Shown: piece by piece, positions 41,675 to 49,838 of the stretch
Layout of the letters: each line of letters starts with the position of its first letter
How positions within the stretch are numbered: position 1 is the stretch's first letter
DNA from: Candidatus Hydrogenedentota bacterium
GTDB taxonomy: Bacteria; Hydrogenedentota; Hydrogenedentia; Hydrogenedentales; SLHB01
NCBI GenBank assembly: GCA_034408725.1
Contig: JAWXCN010000151.1
Coordinates: forward strand, 1-51,342
Length of the DNA: 51,342 nt
Direction: 5' to 3'
The notes under the pieces: model-generated
What the model was told of the DNA's origin: nothing
The model's database searches: none
The model's input: the letters and a program-made list of their open reading frames with translations, nothing else
Program-made: the position numbers and the translations under genes

Positions 41675-43312
41675 ATGGATTCTAAAAAGAAACGATGGGC
41701 ATTAGTGTTTCTAATAGCTGTTGTCTCTGTTGCATTTTATTTCCTGCGAGCCGCTCCACAGCAAAATGAATTGGCTCCAACAAATCGCCAGGTTGAAAGT
41801 TCCAATTCCGCACCGCAATTTCGTCAGAGTCCCGTCAACACAGAATCTCCGGAGCTTGCCCCGCCACGCACCCCAAGAATCGTAAAAGTGACGACCGATG
41901 AGGCTGGCCAGCCGATGCCTGCTGGAGATGCCCGGGTATTGGGAACCGTGGTGAACGGCTCGGGTCAACCGCAGCTCGCGACGATTTTTCTACGGCTGGC
42001 CGGAGACCAGGAAACACGGCGACAGACCAAGTCGAACGATGACGGGTCTTTCGAATTGTCAGGTCTTGCAGGAGGCGAGTATACCGTTCATCTTGGCCCA
42101 TCCACGGGTCTGCAACGCAGCGTGGTCGATGCCGATCCCATTACGTTACGGGATGGAGAGACGCGGCAGGGACTTCGGCTGGTGTATGATGAAGGTTCGT
42201 TGTTGCGAATTTCCGGTCACGTATTTGACCCGAAAGGCGCGCCAGTCCATCTCGCAAATGTGATGGCCGTCGGACAGGGAACGACCCCGGATGCATGCGT
42301 TTCTCAGGAAGACGGTCGCTTCGAATTGCTTGGACTGAGCGATGCGGATTATCAATTGATGATAATTCACCCCGATTTTGCGCGCGCAAAAGTTGACGGC
42401 ATTTCTATTGGCACCACCGATGTCACGATTCATCTGGAGCCTGCTGGCTCGCGAGAAGCTACAATATCAGGTCGTGTCATAGACGCGATCACCCGGAAAC
42501 CTATTGGGCAATTTGAAATCGCCATCGAGGCCGAAGGCTCACTTTACAAGCCTGAAAGCGTCGCGCGGACAAAACTGAAACAGTTTGAGAACGTCAAAGG
42601 ACAATTCAGCATTACATCGTATCCACAACCTCGAACACCGAAAGTGTTGTTGGTAAAGGCCAGGAGATATGTGCCAATGCATCACTATGTCGGGACACTT
42701 TCGAATACTGACTCGGTTAGTGGAATAGAGGTCGCATTGCAACCTGCGGTGTGTACGGTGGAGGGGACAGTACTAGATGCCGCGGGTAATCCAATTGCCA
42801 ACGCGAATATTGCAATCGGTATACCATCTGGAGCGCCGGACATGGAGATTCTGGTACTCAGCGCCGTAACTGATCAAGGTGGTGATTTTATTTTGAATGA
42901 CTTGCCCGCTAAGCTTACCAGTTTGATCGTAACCGCGAAGAATTTTTCGCCCGCATCGCTTAAAACTCGGCCGCGCCCCGACAAGGTCGTTCGAGTTGAC
43001 ATCACCCTCGAAAGCTTTGGCACAGTATATGGCATAGTCACATACGATGGGCAGCCGGTTGAAGCTGCTCAGGTAATTCCCGGGGGTGTTGCACAATTGG
43101 TGGCATGGACGGATCAGGATGGACGCTACGAAATAAGAGGCGTGGCGGTGGGAGAAGTCGAACTTCGCGCAATCTTTCGGCGTGAACAGGATATAAGTTC
43201 CCGTCTTGAGAGCACTCGAATAGCGATTGTTGCCAGCGGACTTGCCACTCAGGCCGATCTTGCTCTTGACCTTGTGGCCGTAGAGCAAGAGGAAGAATGG
43301 GAAGCAGAATAG
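41675..43312 (+). CDS. Membrane-anchored protein with tandem carboxypeptidase-regulatory-like beta-sandwich repeats
   Basis: N-terminal TM; repeated G-x-V-x-D-x-x-G-x-P-[IV]...[TS]-D-x-x-G-x-F-x-L motifs. Looks less GC-rich than its neighbours. Confidence 0.8.
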   Translation: MDSKKKRWALVFLIAVVSVAFYFLRAAPQQNELAPTNRQVESSNSAPQFRQSPVNTESPELAPPRTPRIVKVTTDEAGQPMPAGDARVLGTVVNGSGQPQLATIFLRLAGDQETRRQTKSNDDGSFELSGLAGGEYTVHLGPSTGLQRSVVDADPITLRDGETRQGLRLVYDEGSLLRISGHVFDPKGAPVHLANVMAVGQGTTPDACVSQEDGRFELLGLSDADYQLMIIHPDFARAKVDGISIGTTDVTIHLEPAGSREATISGRVIDAITRKPIGQFEIAIEAEGSLYKPESVARTKLKQFENVKGQFSITSYPQPRTPKVLLVKARRYVPMHHYVGTLSNTDSVSGIEVALQPAVCTVEGTVLDAAGNPIANANIAIGIPSGAPDMEILVLSAVTDQGGDFILNDLPAKLTSLIVTAKNFSPASLKTRPRPDKVVRVDITLESFGTVYGIVTYDGQPVEAAQVIPGGVAQLVAWTDQDGRYEIRGVAVGEVELRAIFRREQDISSRLESTRIAIVASGLATQADLALDLVAVEQEEEWEAE

Positions 43313-43390
43313 AAAACTTGGCGAAGTGCCTTGGCGCTCGACATTTGCTAATCTTCCATTTTAGCCAGCGGAATTCACGGGGCATCTATC

Positions 43391-44977
43391 ATGGCATTGC
43401 AAGACGCGCTCATCGCTCATTTTCCACTCACTTCCGACGCGGGCGACGCGGGGCCGAACGGTATTCATGGGGATGCCCGAGGCGTGACGTTTCGCGAGGG
43501 GGCGGCCTGGTTTGACGGGCGCGGGGCGCACATCGAAGTCCCGGACCATCCTGCGCTACATCTCGGCGCAGGAGATTTCACGATCTCCGCGCATATCCGC
43601 ACCGAAGCCGTGCTGGACCACGTCCTCGGCGACATCCTGTGCAAGTACGATCCCGTCGCGCGCAAGGGCATCAACTTTGGTTTGATGAATTACGCGGGAG
43701 TGACGTCGTCCAGCGCGAACTGGCGCAATCTCATCTTCGGCATCGACAACGGCGCGATTGACCCCGACTGGAAAGACTGCGGCCGGCCCGGCAACGCGGT
43801 GTGCGTGTTTTGCCTCTGCGTGCACAAGGGCGATTTATATGCGGGGACCTTTGAAGCCGGCGCAACCGAAAAGGGTCACGTCTGGCGTTATAAAAGCGGC
43901 ACGGACTGGGAAGATCTCGGCGCACCGTATGCCTCGAACTCCGTCATCGCGCTCTGCGAATTCGACGGACAACTCTACGCCGCAGCGTCGCACTACCGAT
44001 CGCGCGGGTCGTCGCTCGCGGAATCGGAAAACGAAACGCCGGGCGGACGTATCTTCCGTTACGACGGGGATCAGAAGTGGACCGAAGTCGGCGTGCTCGA
44101 AGGACACGAAGCCATTCACAGTCTGATCGTCTATCGCGGCAAACTCTACGCATCGTCGCTCTACGCGCCGCCGGGCGTGTACCGCTACGATGGCCGCACG
44201 CAATGGAACGCGTGCGGGCATCCCGGCACAAACCCCGGCGGACGCATCGTGCCCATGAGCGTGTGGCGCGGTCACATCTACGGCGGCAGCTACGACCAGG
44301 ATTACAACATCTACCGCTACGCCGGAGGGCAGCAATGGGATGACCTCGGCAAACCGGCGGAAGTCACGCAGACGTATTCGTTCATGTCCTACGAGGGCGA
44401 GTTGTACATTGGCGCGTGGCCCAGCGGCGCGGTATACCGTTGGGACGGCCAGATGGGTTGGGAAAACACGGGACGCCTCGGCGAAGAACTCGAAGTGATG
44501 GCCATGGCGACGTACAACGGCAAATTGTACGCGGGCACGCTGCCCCTCGCGCAGGTCTATCGCTACGACGGCGACGGCTCGTGGACGCTCACGGGGCGCG
44601 TCGATACAACGCCGGACGTGAAATATCGGCGCGCATGGAGCATGGCGGTGCATAAGGGCGAACTGTATTGCGGCACGCTGCCCTCCGGCCGGGTGATGCG
44701 CATCGAAGCGGGCAAATGCGTCACGCACGACCACGCGCTTGAACCTGGGTGGCGCCACGTCGCGGCAGTGCGAAACGGCGGCCAACTTTTGCTGTACGTC
44801 GACGGCGCGCAGGTCGCCCAAAGCGGCCCATTTGACGCCGCCGCATTTGACGTCACCAACGACAAACCCTTGCGCATTGGGTTCGGCATGCACGACTATT
44901 TCAACGGCGCAATGAAAGACCTGCGCATTTACGGCGCGGCGCTTTCGACTGACGATGTGAAGTCGTTGTGCGCATAG
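43391..44977 (+). CDS. LamG-like jellyroll interrupted by a seven-bladed beta-propeller
   Basis: N-terminal AHFPL...GAAWFDG...DFTISAHI and C-terminal WRHVAAVR...LYVDG...FNGAMKDLRIY flank seven GxLY...YRYDG...W repeats. Confidence 0.8.
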   Translation: MALQDALIAHFPLTSDAGDAGPNGIHGDARGVTFREGAAWFDGRGAHIEVPDHPALHLGAGDFTISAHIRTEAVLDHVLGDILCKYDPVARKGINFGLMNYAGVTSSSANWRNLIFGIDNGAIDPDWKDCGRPGNAVCVFCLCVHKGDLYAGTFEAGATEKGHVWRYKSGTDWEDLGAPYASNSVIALCEFDGQLYAAASHYRSRGSSLAESENETPGGRIFRYDGDQKWTEVGVLEGHEAIHSLIVYRGKLYASSLYAPPGVYRYDGRTQWNACGHPGTNPGGRIVPMSVWRGHIYGGSYDQDYNIYRYAGGQQWDDLGKPAEVTQTYSFMSYEGELYIGAWPSGAVYRWDGQMGWENTGRLGEELEVMAMATYNGKLYAGTLPLAQVYRYDGDGSWTLTGRVDTTPDVKYRRAWSMAVHKGELYCGTLPSGRVMRIEAGKCVTHDHALEPGWRHVAAVRNGGQLLLYVDGAQVAQSGPFDAAAFDVTNDKPLRIGFGMHDYFNGAMKDLRIYGAALSTDDVKSLCA

Positions 44978-44995
44978 CAAAAAAAGGAACGGGAA

Positions 44996-45322
44996 TTGTC
45001 TACCAATACACAGGCTTGGCTTATACTGGTCGCCGCGGGAATTTTCGAGATCGGTTGGGCAATTGGGCTGAAATACACCGAAGGCTTCTCCAAACTCACC
45101 CCTACGGTGCTGACGGTCGCCGCTATGATTATTAGTATGGGCCTGCTCGGCTATGCAACGAAGACCCTGCCGATTGGAACCGCGTATGCCGTATGGACCG
45201 GCGTTGGCGCCGTGGGCACCGCGATACTGGGAATTGTACTGTTTGGCGAATCCGCCAGTGCGATGCGCATCGCATGTCTGCTGTTAATCGTCGCCGGAAT
45301 CGCAGGTTTGAAACTTGTATAG
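44996..45322 (+). CDS. sugE: SMR-family transporter, Gdx/SugE subtype
   Basis: [25 protein letters not shown] and [14 protein letters not shown]; four TM helices; TTG start. Confidence 0.9.
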   Translation: MSTNTQAWLILVAAGIFEIGWAIGLKYTEGFSKLTPTVLTVAAMIISMGLLGYATKTLPIGTAYAVWTGVGAVGTAILGIVLFGESASAMRIACLLLIVAGIAGLKLV

Positions 45323-45401
45323 GGAGGGCGCGCGTCCTCGCGCGCAGGGGTGTCTCGTGATCATGTGCGTAGACAAAGCGCGCGGGGACGCGCGCCCTCC
45401 C
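45322..45401. repeat. Inverted REP doublet (GGAG + hairpin)
   Basis: GGGAGGGCGCGCGTCCTCGCGCGC (45322-45345) and its inverse at 45378-45401, with one mismatch. Confidence 0.85.
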
Positions 45402-45442
45402 GCATATTTTCTTTGTGAACGACGCATTGGAGAAAAAATTTC

Positions 45443-46666
45443 GTGAAACACCATTTCCATCTGCTATCAATTCTCTGCGTCGCAGCCTGCGCCGCATTAG
45501 CGCAAGAACCATCCCCCGAAGACGCCGCGTACATCGCGCAGTTCAAGGAGCACTTCCCCAAAGTCGAACCCGCGCCGGCGCTCGCGGAATACGCGACCGC
45601 CGCGAAGTTCGATGAACGGTTCCTCGGTGAACCGCTCGACTCCTCCCTCGAAATCATCCGGTCGAAAGCGAACGATCAGGGTAATCTTGCATGGGGCATT
45701 GCGTACTGGATGACTGCATACAACGAAATGTATCGCCACACGCGAGACGCGAAATACCTCGAAGCCAACCGCCGCGCGATCGAGGCAGTATTGTCCGTGC
45801 GCGACGACAAGAAAGGCACCAAGCTTTTCACCGGCGAAACGTCGACCGCGTGGAGCAGCGATAAGTATGCGAAGCGCGGCCGCGCGGTGTTCGGCGTACA
45901 CACCGGCATGCTGGTCTATCCCATGCTGGATTGGTTGATGCTGGTGAAAGAGAAACCGGAAGTCCTCGCACCGGACTCCGAGCAATACGCCACCATCCGC
46001 AAGGAAGCACTCGAAGCCCTCGCGTGGCATGACAAGCAATGGGTCAATGGCCCCGCGGACGACGAAGGCTATTACATTATGATGGACCAGGAAGACGGGT
46101 TAGACGGAAAAATTAAACCCGGCAACCGTCTCGCCGCATTGGGCCGCGCGTTGTGGGCGTCCTGGAAACTCACCGGCGATGAAACGCACAAGGACCGCGC
46201 CTTGCGCATGGGCCGCTACATGAAACACCGGTTCGCGATCGGACCAGATGGCGCGTACTACTGGCCGTACTGGCTGTCCGAAGAGCCGCCCGTAAACCCT
46301 GTTGATCCAAAAACGATCAAGGGCGAAGACTGTTCCCACGCGCAGTTGACCGCCGCGTTTCCATTGTTACTGGCAAAGGACGGCGAAGTCTTCACTGCGG
46401 AAGACGTGCATCGTTTTAGCCTGACCGTGCGCCACGGCATCGCCCGCCTCGGCAACGGCATCCTGCTGGGTTCGGTCACGGGCGATCCGGCGTATCAACC
46501 CAGTTACGTCTCGAGTCCGGATGGATGGGTCGTTCCCGCGTGTACGATTCCGGAAACAAAAAACGCTTTGATCGCTTTTTACCTGAACTATCAGCCGAAA
46601 CCGGCTGCTATGGACCTTGCGGCATTGGTTGGTCTCGTTCGTGCGGACAGCAACGCAAAACAATGA
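45443..46666 (+). CDS. Secreted hypothetical protein, possibly an alpha/alpha-toroid glycan-active fold
   Basis: Signal peptide; helical repeats AYNEMYRHTRDAKYL and ALWASWKLTGDETHK; aromatic YYWPYW. Confidence 0.6.
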   Translation: MKHHFHLLSILCVAACAALAQEPSPEDAAYIAQFKEHFPKVEPAPALAEYATAAKFDERFLGEPLDSSLEIIRSKANDQGNLAWGIAYWMTAYNEMYRHTRDAKYLEANRRAIEAVLSVRDDKKGTKLFTGETSTAWSSDKYAKRGRAVFGVHTGMLVYPMLDWLMLVKEKPEVLAPDSEQYATIRKEALEALAWHDKQWVNGPADDEGYYIMMDQEDGLDGKIKPGNRLAALGRALWASWKLTGDETHKDRALRMGRYMKHRFAIGPDGAYYWPYWLSEEPPVNPVDPKTIKGEDCSHAQLTAAFPLLLAKDGEVFTAEDVHRFSLTVRHGIARLGNGILLGSVTGDPAYQPSYVSSPDGWVVPACTIPETKNALIAFYLNYQPKPAAMDLAALVGLVRADSNAKQ

Positions 46667-46766
46667 GGATAGTTCCGCGGCCATCGAGGCACGGAGTTGG
46701 ACGAGGTTTTTCTGAAAGCGTTGCGGGAATACGGCAGTACACACTTATGAAGGGAACGCGCCAAGC

Positions 46767-47168
46767 ATGAAAGTGCTCAAACAGATTCTGCGGTACCTGC
46801 TCGGGCTGTTTTTTGTCATCGCGGGCATCAACCATTTTCGTAATCCCGAGTTTTATTTGAACATCATGCCGGGATACCTTCCGTTGCATAGGGAATTGGT
46901 CATGCTTAGCGGCGTGACGGAAGTCGTGGCTGGGGTATTGCTTTTCTTTCAACCCACGATGCGCTGGGGAGCATGGGGTATTGTGGCGATGCTCGTCGTC
47001 TTTTTCTCCGTACACATCGACATGATTGTCCACGCGGATAAATTTCGTAGTGTGCCATTGTGGGGTCTGTACTTCCGGTTCGTCTTCCAATTTGTTTTGA
47101 TCGCGTGGGCATGGTGGTTCACCCGCCCCGACAAGATAAAGACGGAGACGGAGGCGGCCTCGGCATGA
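46767..47168 (+). CDS. DoxX-like membrane protein
   Basis: FFVIAGINHF..PEFY..IMPGYLP...LSGVTEVVAGVLL. Confidence 0.85.
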   Translation: MKVLKQILRYLLGLFFVIAGINHFRNPEFYLNIMPGYLPLHRELVMLSGVTEVVAGVLLFFQPTMRWGAWGIVAMLVVFFSVHIDMIVHADKFRSVPLWGLYFRFVFQFVLIAWAWWFTRPDKIKTETEAASA

Positions 47169-47995
47169 GCACGCAATTCACGTTCAAGGCTGGTGACGGC
47201 GCGGAATTGAACAGCCACCATTGGCCGGCGCCACACGAAGCCGTCTGCAACATCGTCATTGTGCATGGCTACGGGCACCACGGCGGATCGTTCGCGGACG
47301 TCGCGGAACGCTTTAACAAGGAAGGCTATGCCGTATACGCGATAGACCAGCGTGGACACGGCCAGTCTCCGGGCAAGCGCGGATACATCGAATCGTTTGA
47401 TCATTGGGTAGACGACTTCCACGCATTTCTCACGCACGTCGCGCCGCAAATAAAAGGCGCCCCCCTCGTGCTCATGGGACATAGTCTTGGATGTTTGGCG
47501 CTTGGGTTGTATGTCGTGAAACACGCGCCAACGGTACACGGGCTCATCTTTTCAAGCGGCTTATTGCGCATTCCCGATCACGTTCCGGCTTATCTCCAAA
47601 AACTGGCGACAATACTTAGCGCGCTCACGCCAACGCTGCCAGTTCAAAAGGTTGACGTCGAAGCCACCTCGAGAGACGCGAAGGCGGTGAAGGCGGTGCG
47701 CGATGATCCGCTACGTTACGGCGGCATGTTGCAGGCGCGCAGCGGCGCCGAAGTATCGAAAGCGATTTCGGCATTGCAGGAGAAAATGCCGGAGATTACT
47801 TCTCCGATCCTGATTATGCACGGCACGAAGGACAAATTGACCGACTGTGAAGGCAGCCGCCTGCTGAATTCGCGCATAAAATCCGAGGACAAAATGATGT
47901 GTCTGTTTGAAGGGGGGTATCACGAATTGTACAACGATCTCGACAAGGAACGATGGTACGCGCAAGTACTCGAATGGCTTCAGGCGCGCCGCTGA
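47165..47995 (+). CDS. Lysophospholipase / monoacylglycerol lipase (alpha/beta hydrolase)
   Basis: VHGYGHH, DQRGHGQS, nucleophile GHSLG, HGTKD and YHELYND; ATGA overlap with the DoxX stop. Confidence 0.9.
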   Translation: MSTQFTFKAGDGAELNSHHWPAPHEAVCNIVIVHGYGHHGGSFADVAERFNKEGYAVYAIDQRGHGQSPGKRGYIESFDHWVDDFHAFLTHVAPQIKGAPLVLMGHSLGCLALGLYVVKHAPTVHGLIFSSGLLRIPDHVPAYLQKLATILSALTPTLPVQKVDVEATSRDAKAVKAVRDDPLRYGGMLQARSGAEVSKAISALQEKMPEITSPILIMHGTKDKLTDCEGSRLLNSRIKSEDKMMCLFEGGYHELYNDLDKERWYAQVLEWLQARR

Positions 47996-47997
47996 CA

Positions 47998-48660
47998 ATG
48001 TTCACGTTCGGAATTCTCAGTACCATCATCGCGACGGTCCTCCAGCTATCGGCACGCGCAGCCGGCATTGCGTTGCTGCCGGGCATACTCAAGATGACGG
48101 CTTCAACGGGCTTTCTAATCACTGCGCTGTCCGCGGGAGCCTTGCGATCGCGCGTTGGGATCGCGCTGCTCGTGGGCCTCGTATTCTCCTGGTTCGGCGA
48201 CCTGTTTCTCATTGGGTCCGGCGCGTCTTATTTTCTGGCGGGATTGGTGAGCTTCTTCATTGGCCACGTTTGTTACAGCGTTGCGTTTGTGTTGCACAAA
48301 ACGCGGCTGCCTTTAGCCGGCGCGGCCCTCGCGGTATTGCTCATTCCCGGCATCCTGCTGTCGCGCTGGATTCTGCCGCATGTGACCGATCCGGGAATGC
48401 GCGCGCCGGTAATCGCGTACACCTGCGTAATCACGATCATGCTCGCGCTTGCGGTTGGCTGTTATCCGCGTCCGGGCGGGCGATGGATTGTAGCCGGAGC
48501 ATTTTTATTTTATCTCTCCGATATTTGTGTCGCGCGCGGCGCGTTTGTGGCGCCGGGATTCATCAATTCGCTGATAGGCCTGCCGTTGTATTTTGGCGGC
48601 CAACTTCTGCTTGCCGTGAGTATCGCGCATTTACAGGGTCCATCGCGGCGTGCGGAGTAG
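47998..48660 (+). CDS. Lysoplasmalogenase (YhhN/TMEM86 family)
   Basis: GLVFSWFGDLFL, FLAGLVSFFIGHVCY, GAFLFYLSD and LYFGGQLLLA. Confidence 0.88.
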   Translation: MFTFGILSTIIATVLQLSARAAGIALLPGILKMTASTGFLITALSAGALRSRVGIALLVGLVFSWFGDLFLIGSGASYFLAGLVSFFIGHVCYSVAFVLHKTRLPLAGAALAVLLIPGILLSRWILPHVTDPGMRAPVIAYTCVITIMLALAVGCYPRPGGRWIVAGAFLFYLSDICVARGAFVAPGFINSLIGLPLYFGGQLLLAVSIAHLQGPSRRAE

Positions 48661-49567
48661 CGCGATCGCATTGCTTCTCTTGGTTGCCTCATGCGCGCAC
48701 ACGCCCGTCATTGCGCCCGCGCCATTTGCGTTCAATCAAATGGACATGCACCTGCATTGCGGACTCGAACGGCCTGTTCCGCTCGACGATTGGCTGGCAA
48801 TCGCCGCGAACGACGGACTCAAGGTCATCCTCATGCTCGATCACCTCGAGCTGTACCGCAAGACCCCAGCGGAATACGACGCGTGGCTTGCGGAGAAAAA
48901 GTTTCCGCGATGGTACTCGATGGGCGCCGAAGGGCACGCCGCGTTTATCGCGGACCTCGACACTGCAATTGCCACACGCGCGGATCTGCATTTGTTCAAG
49001 GGCTGGGAAATCTACGAAGGCGAACTCGACACCGGCATCGAGGAAGCGCCCATGCGCATGGCCGACATTATCGGCTGGCACATCTCGCCCAACAACGGAC
49101 GCGAAGCGCCGAACGGGCAAACCCTGATTAAGCGCGCGATGCAGGTCCGCGAGCTGCAAAAACGTTTCCCCATTCCGATGATCCTGTTTCATCCGTTCAC
49201 CATGCGAATCGAGAATTTGCAGCGGACCGCCGCCGCGCAAAACCGCGATCCAAAGACGATTACCGTCGAGGAGTACCGGTTCTTCCAGCCGGGTGAACAG
49301 GAAGCGCTGGCGCGCATACTCGATGGCCAACCCATCTTTATCGAAATTGGTAAGACCACAGGAACGATGTGGCTTGATCCGGTCGTGCGGGAAGCTTTCA
49401 TTCGAGACATTAAACCGTTGTCGGAAATGGGCGCGCAGTTTACGGTTTCAACCGATAATCACTACATGCTACATGCCCGCACAAAGTTTCAGCCGGAGTT
49501 GTATTGTCCGGACCTCGGACTAACGCCGGAAAACACAAACGGAATTGTGCGCGAACTCCTTCGATAG
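48650..49567 (+). CDS. PHP-like metallophosphoesterase, predicted lipoprotein
   Basis: Lipobox-like LVASC; metal-binding DMHLH, LDH, GWE and STDNH motifs; overlaps the YhhN stop. Confidence 0.65.
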   Translation: MRSSAIALLLLVASCAHTPVIAPAPFAFNQMDMHLHCGLERPVPLDDWLAIAANDGLKVILMLDHLELYRKTPAEYDAWLAEKKFPRWYSMGAEGHAAFIADLDTAIATRADLHLFKGWEIYEGELDTGIEEAPMRMADIIGWHISPNNGREAPNGQTLIKRAMQVRELQKRFPIPMILFHPFTMRIENLQRTAAAQNRDPKTITVEEYRFFQPGEQEALARILDGQPIFIEIGKTTGTMWLDPVVREAFIRDIKPLSEMGAQFTVSTDNHYMLHARTKFQPELYCPDLGLTPENTNGIVRELLR

Positions 49568-49606
49568 CCAACGCAAAGAAATCTCATTACGAGCTGTCCA
49601 CCTATC

Positions 49607-49634
49607 GTCATCCCGAGCGGGTAGCGAGGAATCT
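49607..49634. repeat. Solitary GTCATCCCGAGCG...AGCGAGGAATCT element resembling a known interspersed palindromic repeat class
   Basis: Sequence similarity by eye only; a single copy in this window. Confidence 0.35.
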
Positions 49635-49773
49635 GGAAGTGCATACAACATACACATAATTGAATCAACTGCGAAGAGCACGTGGACAAGAATCAAATGA
49701 CCACGACGAAGGCATCGTTTCCGGTGTCCCATGCCTCGCGAGTCGACGGCATCGTCAATCCAAAATCAAAAAT

Positions 49774-49803
49774 AAAAGCGGCCCTGTTTCCAGGGCCGCT
49801 TTA
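49774..49803 (-). terminator. Rho-independent terminator of the acyl-CoA dehydrogenase (possibly bidirectional)
   Basis: Minus strand AAAGCGGCCCTG-GAAA-CAGGGCCGCTTTTATTTTT, about 35 bp after the stop codon. Confidence 0.85.
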
Positions 49804-49838
49804 CCGCAGGAATCTTCGCGCACTACACGGGGGCTACA

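Noticed and set aside
43835-44980. Long antisense or alternate-frame ORFs (this one, 25494..26831, 33763..35004, 20844..22130, 47907..49127)
   Set aside because: They are shadow ORFs of well-supported genes, expected in high-GC DNA, with no motifs of their own.
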